DNA of 64,000 nt from Chrysomallon squamiferum (taxonomy: Eukaryota > Animalia > Mollusca). Positions 1 to 12,240 of this stretch are shown in pieces. The notes beneath the pieces were generated by a model. That model had not been told where the DNA came from. It searched no databases and was given only the letters and a program-made list of their open reading frames with translations. Every line of letters begins with the position of its first letter. Within the stretch, counting starts at the first letter, position 1. Where the stretch lies: positions 24,118,001 through 24,182,000 of the forward strand of contig CM022672.1 of NCBI GenBank assembly GCA_012295275.1, in the 5' to 3' direction. Position numbers and translations under genes: made by a program.

Positions 1-121
1 TTTATATATTTTTTTAAAATCAACAAATAAAAAAGAACACAAAAAAAACAGTGAAATGTTTATAAACATTTTAAAATTCCCTTCTATTTACATTACAGGT
101 GTTGTATATAAATAAAACAAA

Positions 122-752
122 ATGGACAAGCAGTATTCAGTGCAGTTTTTTTCTGCATTTGTGGAATCAATACAAAGACTCTGCCGTGAATACTTAGAGT
201 TTGATCAAGTTGTTGAAATAGGTGGATACCTATCAGTGGAGATAGACAACTTCAGAAAAGAAAGATATGTTCTCAGTGAGATGTTACAATGTTCAGGAAA
301 TCTAATTAGTGAAAGTTACTGCACAAAGGCCTTCAAGACACACAGATGCTGTACTACAAAAAATGCTTTGCAAGAAAGACATTCGAATGTGTCTGGTTGT
401 GACTTTCATACAAATAAAGGCAAAGACCAAATTACAAATAAACATAAAAGATCTTATGAACCAAGTCGATTACAGACGTCAGAACTGGAAGAATATGGAA
501 GGATGGATCTAGAAGATACAATATCGAGTGCAGACAGAAAATCTTGTATTGGTCCAAGCGAAGAGGACAATAATTTAAAAGATGAAACCAATTCAAATAA
601 CTGTCGTAATCAAAAAACATTATATACAGAACAGCCATGGACTAGAGGTGCTAATTCCAACAACATTAATAATGGTCAGTTATCCTCAGAAATAAGGAGG
701 ACAAAGCGTCTTTTATCGGTTTCTAATTCTAGCTCAGTGCCAAGTAAGAAAG
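122..752 (+). CDS. Shared coding exon 1 of a multi-isoform HTH transcription-factor-like gene: ordered ~70-aa N-terminal domain plus low-complexity linker
   Basis: Acceptor ttacAG at 97-98 precedes the ATG at 122. The ORF begins MDKQYSVQFFSAFVESIQRLCREYLEFDQVVEIGGYLSVEIDNFRKERYVLSEML. Phase-1 donor G|GTAATT at 753 (alternative phase-1 donor GTAAGA at 744) fits the acceptor at 1382-1383. Confidence 0.8.
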
Positions 753-1383
753 GTAATTCTAAAAATGTTTATAATATTTCATTACTAATATATGTAAAAT
801 GTACTAAATGTCCTCAGAATGTATTTCAAATATAATTTTTGGTGGATAATAAAGGAATTGTTGTTTTGTCAGATAGGTCTTTGTATATTTGTACAGAGTT
901 GTATCTTAAGATGTTTTCACTAAGCACTATAAAGAAAAATTTAAAAAGAAAAAAATATAATGATAAGCAGATATTAATACAGAATTTTTTTATGGTTAGC
1001 ATTGGTTCTGAATTATCAAAGTGAAGAATTAAAATATAAGTATTTTTGTAATCATTATTGTTGGAATTAGATTAAATATTAGTAGTGCACCCTAATTTTC
1101 TGTAAAATGTATGGATTGTTGAATTTGTTCTCTAAAAGTTTTGTATGGGAACAGTGTATTATAGTTTATACTCATAAGTTTATCCAGAGGTAACTGCAAT
1201 ATTGTAAATTACAAAGCCAAAATTAACCCTAGTTGCCAGCTTGATGGAAGCAGATGTCACTTTAAAAGAAAGACTTGAGTTAATGTGTCATTTTCATTTC
1301 AAGTTTAAATATATTTTTCTAAACAGTTAAAAACTAAATATTTTTATTTATGTAATAATATTATTATTATTATTTTTTTATAG

Positions 1384-1751
1384 AGAAACAGCAGCATGAA
1401 GAATCACCAGTTTCCTCATCTCAGCAGAATAATTCTTTTATGAATTCCAATGAGTCCTTAAGAATTAACCAGTCAAATACAGATGTGTCAAGAAATCTGC
1501 TTTCCCAGGCAAGTCATACCACAGAGGAGAATATTCGACTTCCACTAAATACTGTAGTTAAAGATGAACCAGATAATTCTGATTGCATGGTGGTGGGCAG
1601 TAGCGAAGAAGATAGCAGTTTACTGGACTCCAGTGATGCTTCTTTTTCCTTAGACCATTTACAAAGCAATCAAGAAAGAGCTAATACCAGTGACAGTCAG
1701 CCAGTGTTGCATTCAGATGGAGAAACGTATCAAGCAACAGACAGATCAAAG
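1384..1751 (+). CDS. Shared coding exon 2 (Ser/acidic linker with VKDEP SUMO-consensus motif), ending in a phase-0 donor
   Basis: Polypyrimidine tract plus TAG at 1381-1383, phase-1 compatible. Open frame ...TVVKDEPDNSDCMVVG...QATDRSK, then AAG|GTAGGA at 1752. Confidence 0.8.
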
Positions 1752-3994
1752 GTAGGACACTGTTTTTAAAGTAGGGAAACTTTTACCTAACAGGAATGAA
1801 AGTCTTTTTTGTTTTGCTTCTTTTTGTTTGTTTTTTCCTAATTAATAATATTTTTGTAATTATTATTGTTTTGTTTGGATTTTTTTTTTTAAACTAATTT
1901 TCCTTTTTTCTGTTGCTATTTTTTTTCTTTTCGTTTCTTTTTTTCACACTGGACATTCAGTTTTATGTGTATATTTTATATTATCTATATTTACATCTAT
2001 ATTTTCTTAAATACAGTATAATATAAATATTAATGTGGTCATGACTTCATTTAATTTTTAAACTTTTACCCCAGTCAATTTTTCCATTCAGTGAAAAAAC
2101 AAAATAGAAATGAGAAAAATTCATATATTTTTACTGGTTGATATTTCTATATTTTGTTTTTCTCAAGTGCTCTACACATTAATTTTTTCACTTGTTATTC
2201 CTTTCAAAATATTTATATGTATATGTCTATATTTGCACTGCTTTACACATTTAATAACTTAAACATACATTTAAGCCATTACAAACTTAATAATGTAACC
2301 TTGAATAATACAGGCTTCAAATTTACTATCTTCTCTAGGGCATGGGTATACTCAGAAATGTTAAAGCATTAAGGAAGTTTAATTTTTTTTATCAAGTTTT
2401 ATTAGAAGTCATAGACATTGCCACTGTTCTTAACTATAATATGGCCAATAACTTAACGAAACCAGATTTATTTGAATCACTTGCACCTAAAAAAGAAAAA
2501 GGAAAAAGTTCAGCTGAGCACATTTAGCAGCCATTTAGCTAACATTTTGTAATTTTTGTTTCTTATTTAGCAAAGATAATAAAAATACCTAGTTAACATA
2601 ATATTAATCTCATTCCAAGAAGTATTACATGTTGCTGTCTTGAAAAATACAAAGAAATATGTGTTTTCATATTATTATTTGACTTTGGTTATTGAATCAA
2701 TGGCATTTATGGGAAAGGGCATGAAGGCAAACCAGGTAGAGTAGCTACATGGTTTTATTGCCTTGGAGATTGTAATGCCCTTAGGCAAGTAAGGAGGGCA
2801 CTTACTATCAGTGCCATGGTAATATTCAAAACCTGATAATATTTACTAATTGGTAATATAATGTATGGGTTGTTCTCAGAAAAAAAGTTAATGATGGTTT
2901 TTCTCATTTCTGCTCATAATTTTCTGCAAATTATTTTTATTGTATATTTCATTTTTTAAGTTTTGAGATATGATACTGATAAAAACCAGATAAAGAATAA
3001 ACAAAATTATTGATTTATCTGATTTTCTTCCTTTTTATACCAACAAATTATCCTTTAATACTGTGTGAAGAAGATGGCTTGAGATAAATAGCCCACATGT
3101 ATAAATATGTAGATAGATAGATAGATAGATTATGTTTTCCATATGGTTGTTTAATAAAATAATTTCTCATATTGGTCGTTACACTTTGCATCCATTTCAG
3201 TCAAAATAATAAGATTGTCTCTGGCAAACAAGAACTTTTGTTGGGACCTTCTTGTCAGTGTGAAAGTAATAAATAACAGAGTACATGCCCTGTTTTAGTT
3301 TGTAGTATGTCAGTTTAATTTTTTAGATCAAGCATTGAACTGAAGATTCATCAAAAATGTATTTTTAAAATCTGTACAACTGACATTAAATTGTGACTAA
3401 TATCTTAAATGTATTCATTTATGCATACACGTACAAATGAGATAAAGGATTTGCAGGAACTTTCCATTTTTTATGGATACATTTTTTCCATTGGTGTCTT
3501 TGGAAAGTGGATGTGTAATGACCGTATGTGATATTCCATCATTCAGAGGTAAGATTATCATTCTGAATTATTTTCTGTTATATATTCTTGAATAATATTC
3601 TAATTACTTAATATATGATGTAAATTATCTTTAATTTAAAAACATTTGTATCAAAAGGTTAATATTTTTCATAATGGAATTGAATTAATGTTAAGGTTTT
3701 TATTTCATTACTGAAAGTAGTTGTGATAAAATTAAATGCTAATAATCAGTGGTTTCTTGATTCATTATATGTTGTTGTTTTTTTGTTGTTTGTTTTTTTT
3801 GTTTTGTTAATGGTTTTTTTTTTTTTTTTTTATCTGAAAGCAGAAAGATCTATAGTAAATATTAATTATAGCGTAGAGGGGAAAGGAAAACTACTTTTGT
3901 TTTATTGTATTTCATCTGTAACATCTGCATATCTTGTTTGTTTTTTTCAATGAATTACAGGCTATATTTTTCCTTCTTTTTTTTTTGAATTCAG

Positions 3995-4321
3995 TTTATA
4001 GATACACTTTGCAAAATGGTTGAAAGAAGAGCAGCATTCATCAGACTTAGTTCCACCATTATTATCTTTCCCTTCTTCATGTCCATCATCTTTACTGAAA
4101 AAAATAAGAAGACAACTGCAGAAAGAATGCAAATATGGAGACAGAAAATGAAAATATATTATCCTGAATGATATAAAGCATATTTGTATAAAAACAAACA
4201 AAAATGTAAGAAATATCGGGCAGAGATGTCACAAGAGCAGAGAGAAAAACAGAGGATTCAAAGAAATATAAGAAGAAATTCAAAGTTTACAGCCAGGCAA
4301 TATATCGGAAGTCTGCTCTGA
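3995..4321 (+). pseudogene. Candidate degenerate alternative terminal exon A (basic alpha-helical segment interrupted by TGA)
   Basis: Poly-T tract plus ttcAG at 3993-3994, phase 0. Reads ...KNKKTTAERMQIWRQKMKIYYPE*YKAYLYKNKQKCKKYRAEMSQEQREKQRIQRNIRR, with TGA at 4169-4171. The downstream flank resembles the flank after exon C. Confidence 0.45.
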
Positions 4322-4654
4322 CCAAAATAAAAAGAGGACAGCTATAAGAGAAAAATAATGGAAATAAAAAGAAAGGATCAAGAAATGAACACCTCAAAGA
4401 ACTGTTCCATACTGATGAACAAATGCTCAGTAGACATTTAAAGCACTATTTCAAAGAAGCATAATGTCTATCCATGACTCTGGTACAGTGATAGCTTTAG
4501 TGGCTGATATCTTTCTTTAAAAGCTACATTTGACCAAAACTGAGTTGGGGAAAAAAGAGTAGTAGTTCCTGAAACCAAGAAAAAGAAAATGGTTCGTTTC
4601 AAATATAGACAAGACAACTGCTTGGTGTAAATAAATGTTCCAAAGCTGAAGCAC

Positions 4655-4820
4655 TGTTATAAAAAGAAGTAGATAACATGTTCTTGACTTCTGAGTTAGA
4701 AAATACATATAATGAGTAGAGGTCTTCAGTGTGAAGAGATCAAGTAACTACTTAGTGCAAGTTTTGGACTCCATAGTGAAAAATATCTGATTCCTACCTT
4801 AAAAGAAATTAGAATATTGA
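4655..4820 (+). repeat. Direct repeat homologous to ~7490-7770 (sequence downstream of exon C)
   Basis: Shared gttataaaaagaagtagataacatgttcttgac...aaaatacatataatga...gaagagatcaa...ttagtgcaa...tccatagtgaaaaata...ccttaaaagaaattagaatat. Confidence 0.8.
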
Positions 4821-5108
4821 TTCCTTAACTAAAAGATTTTATTTTTTACCATTATCCCACATTTGAAAGTTCAAGCTGAACCATCATATCTCAGAACAAC
4901 TCATCATTTTTATTATTACTATTGTTGTTGTTGTTGTTGTTGTTGTTTAAAATACTTCTTAATAATTTATTTATTTATTTTTTATTTATTTTTGTAACAG
5001 AAACAAAACTTAAGCAATAATGTTTTATCCAAGAAAAAAAGAAAGAAATAACAAACAGGTATCAACCTTGTTTTCTTATACTGTATTAGCTCTGTATTTT
5101 GTTTTCAG

Positions 5109-5543
5109 CTGTCAGCCAATACTGGAGTCCAATCATCATTTTCTTTACCCATGTCAAGAAGGAATTACACAAAGAATAGTTTGGATTTTGCAATAAAAGC
5201 AGTTTGTAAGAATGGCCTAACAATTGAACAAGCTAGTAAAACATTTAACATTCCAAAGACAACTCTGAGAAGAAAAGTACCCATTGTATCTCAACATCGG
5301 GGTACTTCGTTTCTCACAGACAAAGAAGAAAATGATTTAGTGAATTTCATAGTGGAAAATGTGAAGAAAACTGGTACACTGATGAAAAAGTCTGACATTA
5401 TCACATGTGTGAAAGACATATTACAAATCAGACCTTACCAGTCAGAGTTTAAAAACAGTGTACCTGGATATGACTGGTATGTTTATTTTTTGAAAAGGCA
5501 TCCAGAATTAGCAAATAATTATATTAAGATATCCAAATCATAG
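5109..5543 (+). CDS. Alternative terminal exon B: pipsqueak-type HTH plus CENP-B-type HTH
   Basis: Acceptor ttttcAG at 5107-5108, phase 0, in frame with ORF 5151-5543. psq-like RNYTKNSLDFAIKAVCKNGLTIEQASKTFNIPKTTLRRKV, then CENP-B-like LTDKEENDLVNFI...PGYDWYVYFLKRHPEL. Own stop codon. Confidence 0.85.
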   Translation: MSANTGVQSSFSLPMSRRNYTKNSLDFAIKAVCKNGLTIEQASKTFNIPKTTLRRKVPIVSQHRGTSFLTDKEENDLVNFIVENVKKTGTLMKKSDIITCVKDILQIRPYQSEFKNSVPGYDWYVYFLKRHPELANNYIKISKS

Positions 5544-6283
5544 TGCAGATTTATAAACATTTAAATTTGCATATTATATTTGTGGTAACATACAATGAAA
5601 ACAACTTTCAAATAATATGTATTTATACAAATGTAATTAAAAATGTGAAAATATTTATTCATGACAAATCCTTGTAAATTTAGCAGTATATGGAAATGCT
5701 TAAGAAATCATTTTGTAATAAATCATTAAATTTTTTATTATAACTGTTGTTGCTGTTGTTGTTCATTAATTGATGAATATCCATCTATTTGATACTAGTG
5801 CACATGGCCATGTATATTTTTGTTTCAATAATAATTATTTTACTGATATTACTATATGCAGAGAGCATTCTAATTCCTTTCCATGATGCCATTCCATCTG
5901 GAGTTTTTCCTATTATTATTATTATTAATTCTAAAATCATGTTTATTTTATCATTTATTTCTAAAATAGTATATAGGATATAAATAATGCATTAAAAACA
6001 ATTAAGGAAATTGTTAGATAACAACAGTTTAATGGTCACTATAAGAAAGTGATGACTTTTTATAAATATTTGAATTTAATTATATAAGACATATAATCAG
6101 CCTCTTTTTGCATTCAGATTTCTCCGATTCATTTATTTTCCATGATCTGAGGTAAAATTCCAAACAGTGCTGCAGTTCTTAACAAAATCAGTAACAAGTA
6201 GATAATATACATATATATGCATATAAACTATATTTTGTGGTATATACTGATTTTTGAATGGATTTTTGTTCTTGATTTACTTA

Positions 6284-6331
<48 letters not shown>

Positions 6332-7070
6332 GTAACAAAACTTGCATACCATAACGTTCAGCATATACTGCTGTAACAAAAGGAACTAAATCTATAAGAA
6401 GCTCCTTAACTTAGCATAATTTCAGATAACAGAGTACTTTTAGTGATACCTGGATATCAAGACAGTTTTTGAAAAGTTTTTATTTAGGTACTTTAAATGT
6501 TTCGTTCTGTGTTAGTAAAAGTGACATATTTTTTTCTTTTCTGAAGCTGGCAAGATGCAGGACATACAAGAATCATACACATAGCTTGGGAAATCATTAA
6601 TTTAATTTCTTTGTTAATAGTTGATGACTGATTTGCATCTGAAATGTCTGTTTCTTACATAAACACAAGTAATGACATAACCTCATTAAATTAACTTTTA
6701 AGAAATAGTTTTTGATAGAATAAACATTGGATTTCATTGTCTTGCAACAAATTAAAACAAAAATCTACATAATGATTCTCCATACCTTTATTCCTCCAAA
6801 CTTAAGCATCTAGAAATGTGATACAAACATATAATTTTCTTCCTAAATGTATACTCACTTGTGCAGAATTATTTTATTTTTTTTTTTTTTTTTTCCATCC
6901 CAAGTCATTACTATTTCATAATTATAGTTATTTTGTTTTAAGTGAATTCACCTAAGGAAAAGGACTTGTTATTATATATTATTATTATTATTATCGTTAT
7001 TGTTTATTTTCTAATGAAAAGTATAACAATATCAGTTATAAAAAAGAATGTGAAACTTTCTATATTTCAG

Positions 7071-7487
7071 TATGGACCTGTATCAACAATAAGGAAAAGA
7101 AAGTTTTACAAGTCTTACCACATGGATACACTAAAACTGGCTATACAGGCTGTGTGTGAGAGAAAGATGAGTATACCAGAAGCAAGTAAAATATTTAACA
7201 TACCAAAGGGAACATTAAGAGACAAACTACCACTTATAGGAAAGACAAGGGGGAAAACGGCACTTACTGCAGCTGAAGAAAGTCTTCTTGCAGATTATAT
7301 CATTGAAAGAGGAAACAGAGGAGAAGTTGTGTCTAAAGTTGACCTGATAAGACAAGTCAGTTCTATTCTCAGTGGGACAGGCCGGGAAAGTCCCTTGGCA
7401 ATTAATCGTCCAATCTATGGCTGGCTTACAGCGTTTCTGAAGAGAAATCCCAATGTCCCTGACTGTTATGTGAAAAGATCTAGATAG
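7071..7487 (+). CDS. Alternative terminal exon C: pipsqueak-type HTH plus CENP-B-type HTH
   Basis: Acceptor atttcAG at 7069-7070, phase 0. YKSYHMDTLKLAIQAVCERKMSIPEASKIFNIPKGTLRDKL...LTAAEESLLADYI...PIYGWLTAFLKRNPNV. Own stop codon. Confidence 0.85.
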   Translation, partial: YGPVSTIRKRKFYKSYHMDTLKLAIQAVCERKMSIPEASKIFNIPKGTLRDKLPLIGKTRGKTALTAAEESLLADYIIERGNRGEVVSKVDLIRQVSSILSGTGRESPLAINRPIYGWLTAFLKRNPNVPDCYVKRSR

Positions 7488-9606
7488 CATAGTTATAAAA
7501 AGAAGTAGATAACATGTTCTTGACACATCTTTGAAAAGAATTAGATAATAATTATGTTCCTGATTCCTGTAAAAAAAGATCAGGAGAGCAAATTTTTTGT
7601 TTCTTTGTGAAAAGAATTAGATAACGTGTTCTTGACTTCTGAGTCAAAAAATACATATAATGACTAGAGGACTTCAAGCTGAAGAGATCAAAGAACTAGT
7701 TAGTGCAAATTTTGGAGTCCATAGTGAAAAATAACTATGTTACTGATTCATACCTTAAAAGAAATTAGAATATGTATTTTTTATACTTCATTTTTTTTTG
7801 ACAATGTTTTGAAAGAAATAACAAATTTAATTTGCTCTTGAGTTCTCAGTGAAATGAACTAGCTGATATATGATTTTCTTGTGTTCTCTGTGAATAGAAC
7901 TGCATAATTTGTAATGTTTTTCACTATATTATGAAAAAAATAATTATATACTTACCTCCTGCTTTATGAAAAAAAAAATCATATTATTGCCTCCTGCTTC
8001 ATGAAAACTAAATAGCATTTGCCTGTGAACATTTTATATAAAAACAAAAAGCTTATAAAATTGTTGATTATTATGTGAAAAAAAAGAAGTAGCTGAGTAT
8101 TTTATTCTCTCCGATAATTACAGAAATATTTGTTTATGCAGGAAGTGCCACATTGTTGTCAAAATAACAAAAAAGAAAATGTCTGAATCACTGTTACTGG
8201 CATAAATCATTAATATGAAATATTCCATAATTATTTATCATGAATAAAAAAATTACAGGAAATACTGCAAATTAAAAATTGCTATGGATTGTTGTTGTTT
8301 TTTGTTTTTTGGTGGGGTTTTGGAGGGTTTTTTTTTGCTTTTTTTTTTTTTTGTTTGTTACTGACTTCTTTCTTTTTTCTTTTAATTTTTAATTTTTTTT
8401 TGTTTTTTTTTTTCTCTTACAAGTCAGATAATAATATAAAATTAAATTACATAAAAATTAGTGACCTATTAAAATTCTAATCTACTTTGGTATATTTCTA
8501 CTTTGATATGCCACCTGTTTCAATTTTGTTTAATATATTGAAGTAATAAATATATTTTGTAACATTTCACTATCATTCTATTTCTGTGTTTATGTTGTTA
8601 CATTAATATTTTTTCTTTTGTCTGTTAAATTGTTTTCATGTGTTTTTTTTATTTATTTATTTATTTATTTATACAAATTTTTTCTTACTTTTTTTTCATA
8701 ACATTAACAAATATGTTATAGTTTTGTAATTTATCACTCACCTAACGTGTATTTTGTCAAAGGATCCATTCTCTTTATTACAACAATTAGGTTATTTTAC
8801 CATTCATGACACTTCACTAAAAAATCGCAAAACTTACGTTTTTCTGAACAGACAAAGATGTATTTGAAAGATACTTATGAATAAATACAATAAAAAAGTT
8901 ATTTTTTCTTATTATAACTGTTAAAAAAATGTGGTACCTAATAACAGTTAATAAAATTATAGTGTCCTCAGGCATTGATTTACAGACCTCAGTGGTAAGA
9001 TATTCTTCAACAATGTCATCAAAATGTAAAGCCCAATATGTTGCATGTGCAAAACATATCACTAACACATACACAACACAAACACAGAATATAAGCTAAA
9101 CACAAAATTTACCATTTTCAATTTACTGTTGTAGTTCTTTAATGGTCAGGTTTTAGACAAAGACTTGATTACTTTCACACCAAATTTACTGATTTCAGTT
9201 TACTTTTGTAGTTCTTCTGTAGTCATTTTTTTGGACAAAGACTTGTTTATTTTTAAATAACTCAGTTTCAAAATGGATTTTATATTGATCTTGTATGTAA
9301 TCAAAAGTATAAATGTCAAGTACATTTTGTTCCATTCCAGTGATTTTTTCTCTTTTTTAAAAAAAAAAAAAGTTAAAAAAAAAAGTATATATATTAAGAG
9401 AGAAAAAACAAATATTTTATATAGATAAGCCATTCTTAATTCTATAAACTATAAACTGAAACTGGTGCTCACATATAGTTTAAATTGATATTTTCAAAAA
9501 AACACCCCAAAAACAAAAACCCAAAACCCAAAAGTAAAACCAGACAGTGAAGAACAACTACACATTTGTATAAATTTATATCATCTTTCAATATTTCTTC
9601 TTTCAG

Positions 9607-9789
9607 TTTTATAACCTGGTGCATTTAACTTCTGGACGACCAAGTTTTTACAAAGGTTACAGTCAACATGATTTAGAGCAAGCTATCCAGGCTGTGAGAG
9701 ACAAACGGATGACTTTCAAAGAAGCAAGGATAAAATATGGAATTCCACAAAGAACTTTATTGAGAAAGGTGAAAACTGCTGGTATATGA
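9607..9789 (+). CDS. Alternative terminal exon D: single pipsqueak-type HTH (absent from the ORF track)
   Basis: Acceptor tctttcAG at 9605-9606, phase 0. FYNLVHLTSGRPSFYKGYSQHDLEQAIQAVRDKRMTFKEARIKYGIPQRTLLRKVKTAGI*. AATAAA at 9822-9827. Confidence 0.8.
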   Translation, partial: FYNLVHLTSGRPSFYKGYSQHDLEQAIQAVRDKRMTFKEARIKYGIPQRTLLRKVKTAGI

Positions 9790-10789
9790 CAACATAAAAC
9801 ATCTTTTTGTAAACTACACCAAATAAAATGCACAACCCAAGATAATAAAAAAAAACCTCTTAAAAGTGAACACAATTTAAATGACATTAAACTTTAAAGT
9901 ATTAATAGTTTTCAGTGTCGGAAGTATTTGTGCAGAAATTCCTGATAAAAACAAACAACTGTAACGACTTGACTAATAGAACAACAAGATTAGCAAAGAG
10001 CACATTGTTTTGTGTTTTAATTTATAAATGTGGCTTTAATAAAATCATAATGGGTATTTTATTTATATGTATTTATTCCCATGTTTTGTTTCGTGTTTTA
10101 GTTGTTAATATTTGAATCAGAATTTGGCTTGGACTTTATTGGTTACTATTTATATTCCAAATCATTATTATTTATTAAGACTAAAAGTAAAAAACTGAAC
10201 GAAAATATTTTCAGAAATAATTGGTATTTTACTGTAACTTAAGTTATATTATATTTAGATAGAAGATTTAATCTACTCAAGTATCAATAGAATAAAATTA
10301 AACGTAAAATTGCAGTATAAACTAATACCAGGCCATGATGGTTTGTTTCTGATCCATAAGGCCAAATCAAATGATTTTAGTGAAAAGCAAAAAATCATTA
10401 ATGGTCGACAGATTTTGATAATATTTTGCACACTTAAGTTAAATACATGTAATACATGAAATATTTGTTTTGGAAGTTAAATATATCCACACATTAAGAA
10501 AAAAAAGGACTGTGCATTTTTTAACGTATATTTCATCAGAAAATAAAAAATATTTAGAACAGGAAAAGGAAACATTCAATAGAGAAGCAGTAGACAAATA
10601 AATTATGTATACTAAGTCACTAAAAAGATTTTTATTCTGGATATTTAATAAGCAGACAAATCGGTTATGACTAGTACAGATAATAATAATGACAACAATA
10701 AATAACTAAACATTGTCATCATCATCAAATTAAGATTTACATAACATTTGTTATCAAAACGATTTTTGAAATGTTTCTTTTATTCAACC

Positions 10790-11332
10790 TGAGAATTTAT
10801 TGTAGCCATATTGGTTGCATTCAAATCCAAACATGTGATTCCAACACATCTAAAAGAAAATAAATGACTGTCATAAAGTATACACAATTTAAAACAAAAA
10901 ACAAAAAAAAACAATTAAAAAAAAAATTAAATTGCTGCATATTAGGATTATTCATATTTCCTAACTCCAATGACATTGTTTGAAATGTAATATTCATGTT
11001 AAAAGAAGTAAATAAAAAATAATTTTAGCAAACAGAAAATACCAAATAATAGTAGTATTTTTAGTTCTTGTAGTACTAGTAGGTCTAGTGATGCTGCTAT
11101 TAAAATTAGTAGTTGTAATATTGTAGTAGCAGCAGTAAAAGTAGTAAAAATTCATTACCTGCAGAAGTTGGAAAGACCATCTCAGTTTTTGTCATCCATG
11201 AAGAAAGTACCATTGTATCCCGGATCTGTTCCCAATCTGCCGCCTGAGGGCAGATTGTAATTGTATTCACTCTCACCTTGAGTTCCTGCCAGAGCGCACG
11301 ACAACCATTTTACCTTACCACTACCAACAAAT
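10790..11332 (-). pseudogene. Relic of secreted-protein gene A (exon 2 intact at 11159-11332, exon 3 internally deleted, coding exon 1 missing)
   Basis: 11159-11332 is nearly identical to 26231-26404. 10800-10850 matches fragments of 25825-25907 with deletions. Confidence 0.85.
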
Positions 11333-11939
11333 CTGAAAATTACATAGACCTAAAGATAGATAAATACACAGGAAGCGCACCCAACACATAGTTTAATATT
11401 TTTGTTTCTTAAATATTTCAATGCATAGATAAATATACAGGAAATGCACACAGACACATAGCTTAATAATTGTATCTGTTAAGTATAGAGCAAGTACATT
11501 TTTCAGATGATTAAAACCTTTAGTTTATTTCTATCAAATTTGTTTAAGTCTGTATTTCTATCTTTATGTTTGTAAAGCACTGTAAATAATTAAAAAAAAA
11601 AAAAAAAAAAAAAAGGATTTGGAATCTAGGAAAGTAAAAAAATATTTTTTGTATAGTTCTGCTTTGATTTCATCTGATTTAGAAGACTAAAACTATACAA
11701 AAGTAATTCACTGCACTATTTCATAAAATATGTTTTGCAAAGTGAAAATAAATGTAAATTTCTAGTATCAGCAGATTTCACTGAAATGTTTGTTACAACT
11801 GGAATAGTACTGAATACAGCAGTCTGAGAAGAAATATTAATATAGATATGTGTAAACATGGTTTGACATTTATGCGTGAAACATATACACACTCCGACAG
11901 ACAGAGAGAGACAGTTTCAGGAATACAATTAATACAAAT

Positions 11940-12240
11940 GTCAACTACCTAAACATGAAGCTTTGTATTGACTTATTATGTTTCAATAAAACCACTGCTG
12001 TGTAGAGAAGGTAACAGCCATCAGATCCAGCCACAGCCAGCCAGCATACACGTAATCCATGTGTGCTTTTTTTATGTCCATACAAGAAATTGCTATAATT
12101 ATTTAGATCATTAACAACGAGTATTAAAATAAAGGAAATAATAATAAGAACAATAACAATAATAATAATCAACCTATCAGACTGTACAGATGCAGAAATA
12201 AAATCAAAGAAGGTTTATGTAAATCAGTTTGATATATATA
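11940..12240 (-). pseudogene. Relic of secreted-protein gene C (deleted exon 3 joined to the 5'UTR-exon/promoter region)
   Basis: 11940-12085 matches ~45840-46030 with an internal deletion. 12170-12240 matches ~47710-47780. Coding exons 1-2 are absent. Confidence 0.75.

Noticed and set aside
4169-4171. In-frame TGA in exon A as possible selenocysteine or readthrough
   Set aside because: No SECIS-like hairpin is evident and the context is not redox-like. A nonsense mutation is simpler.
8960-9100. Possible further alternative exon after tcctcAG (~8971)
   Set aside because: The phase-0 frame stops after 8 codons and no DNA-binding motif appears in other frames.
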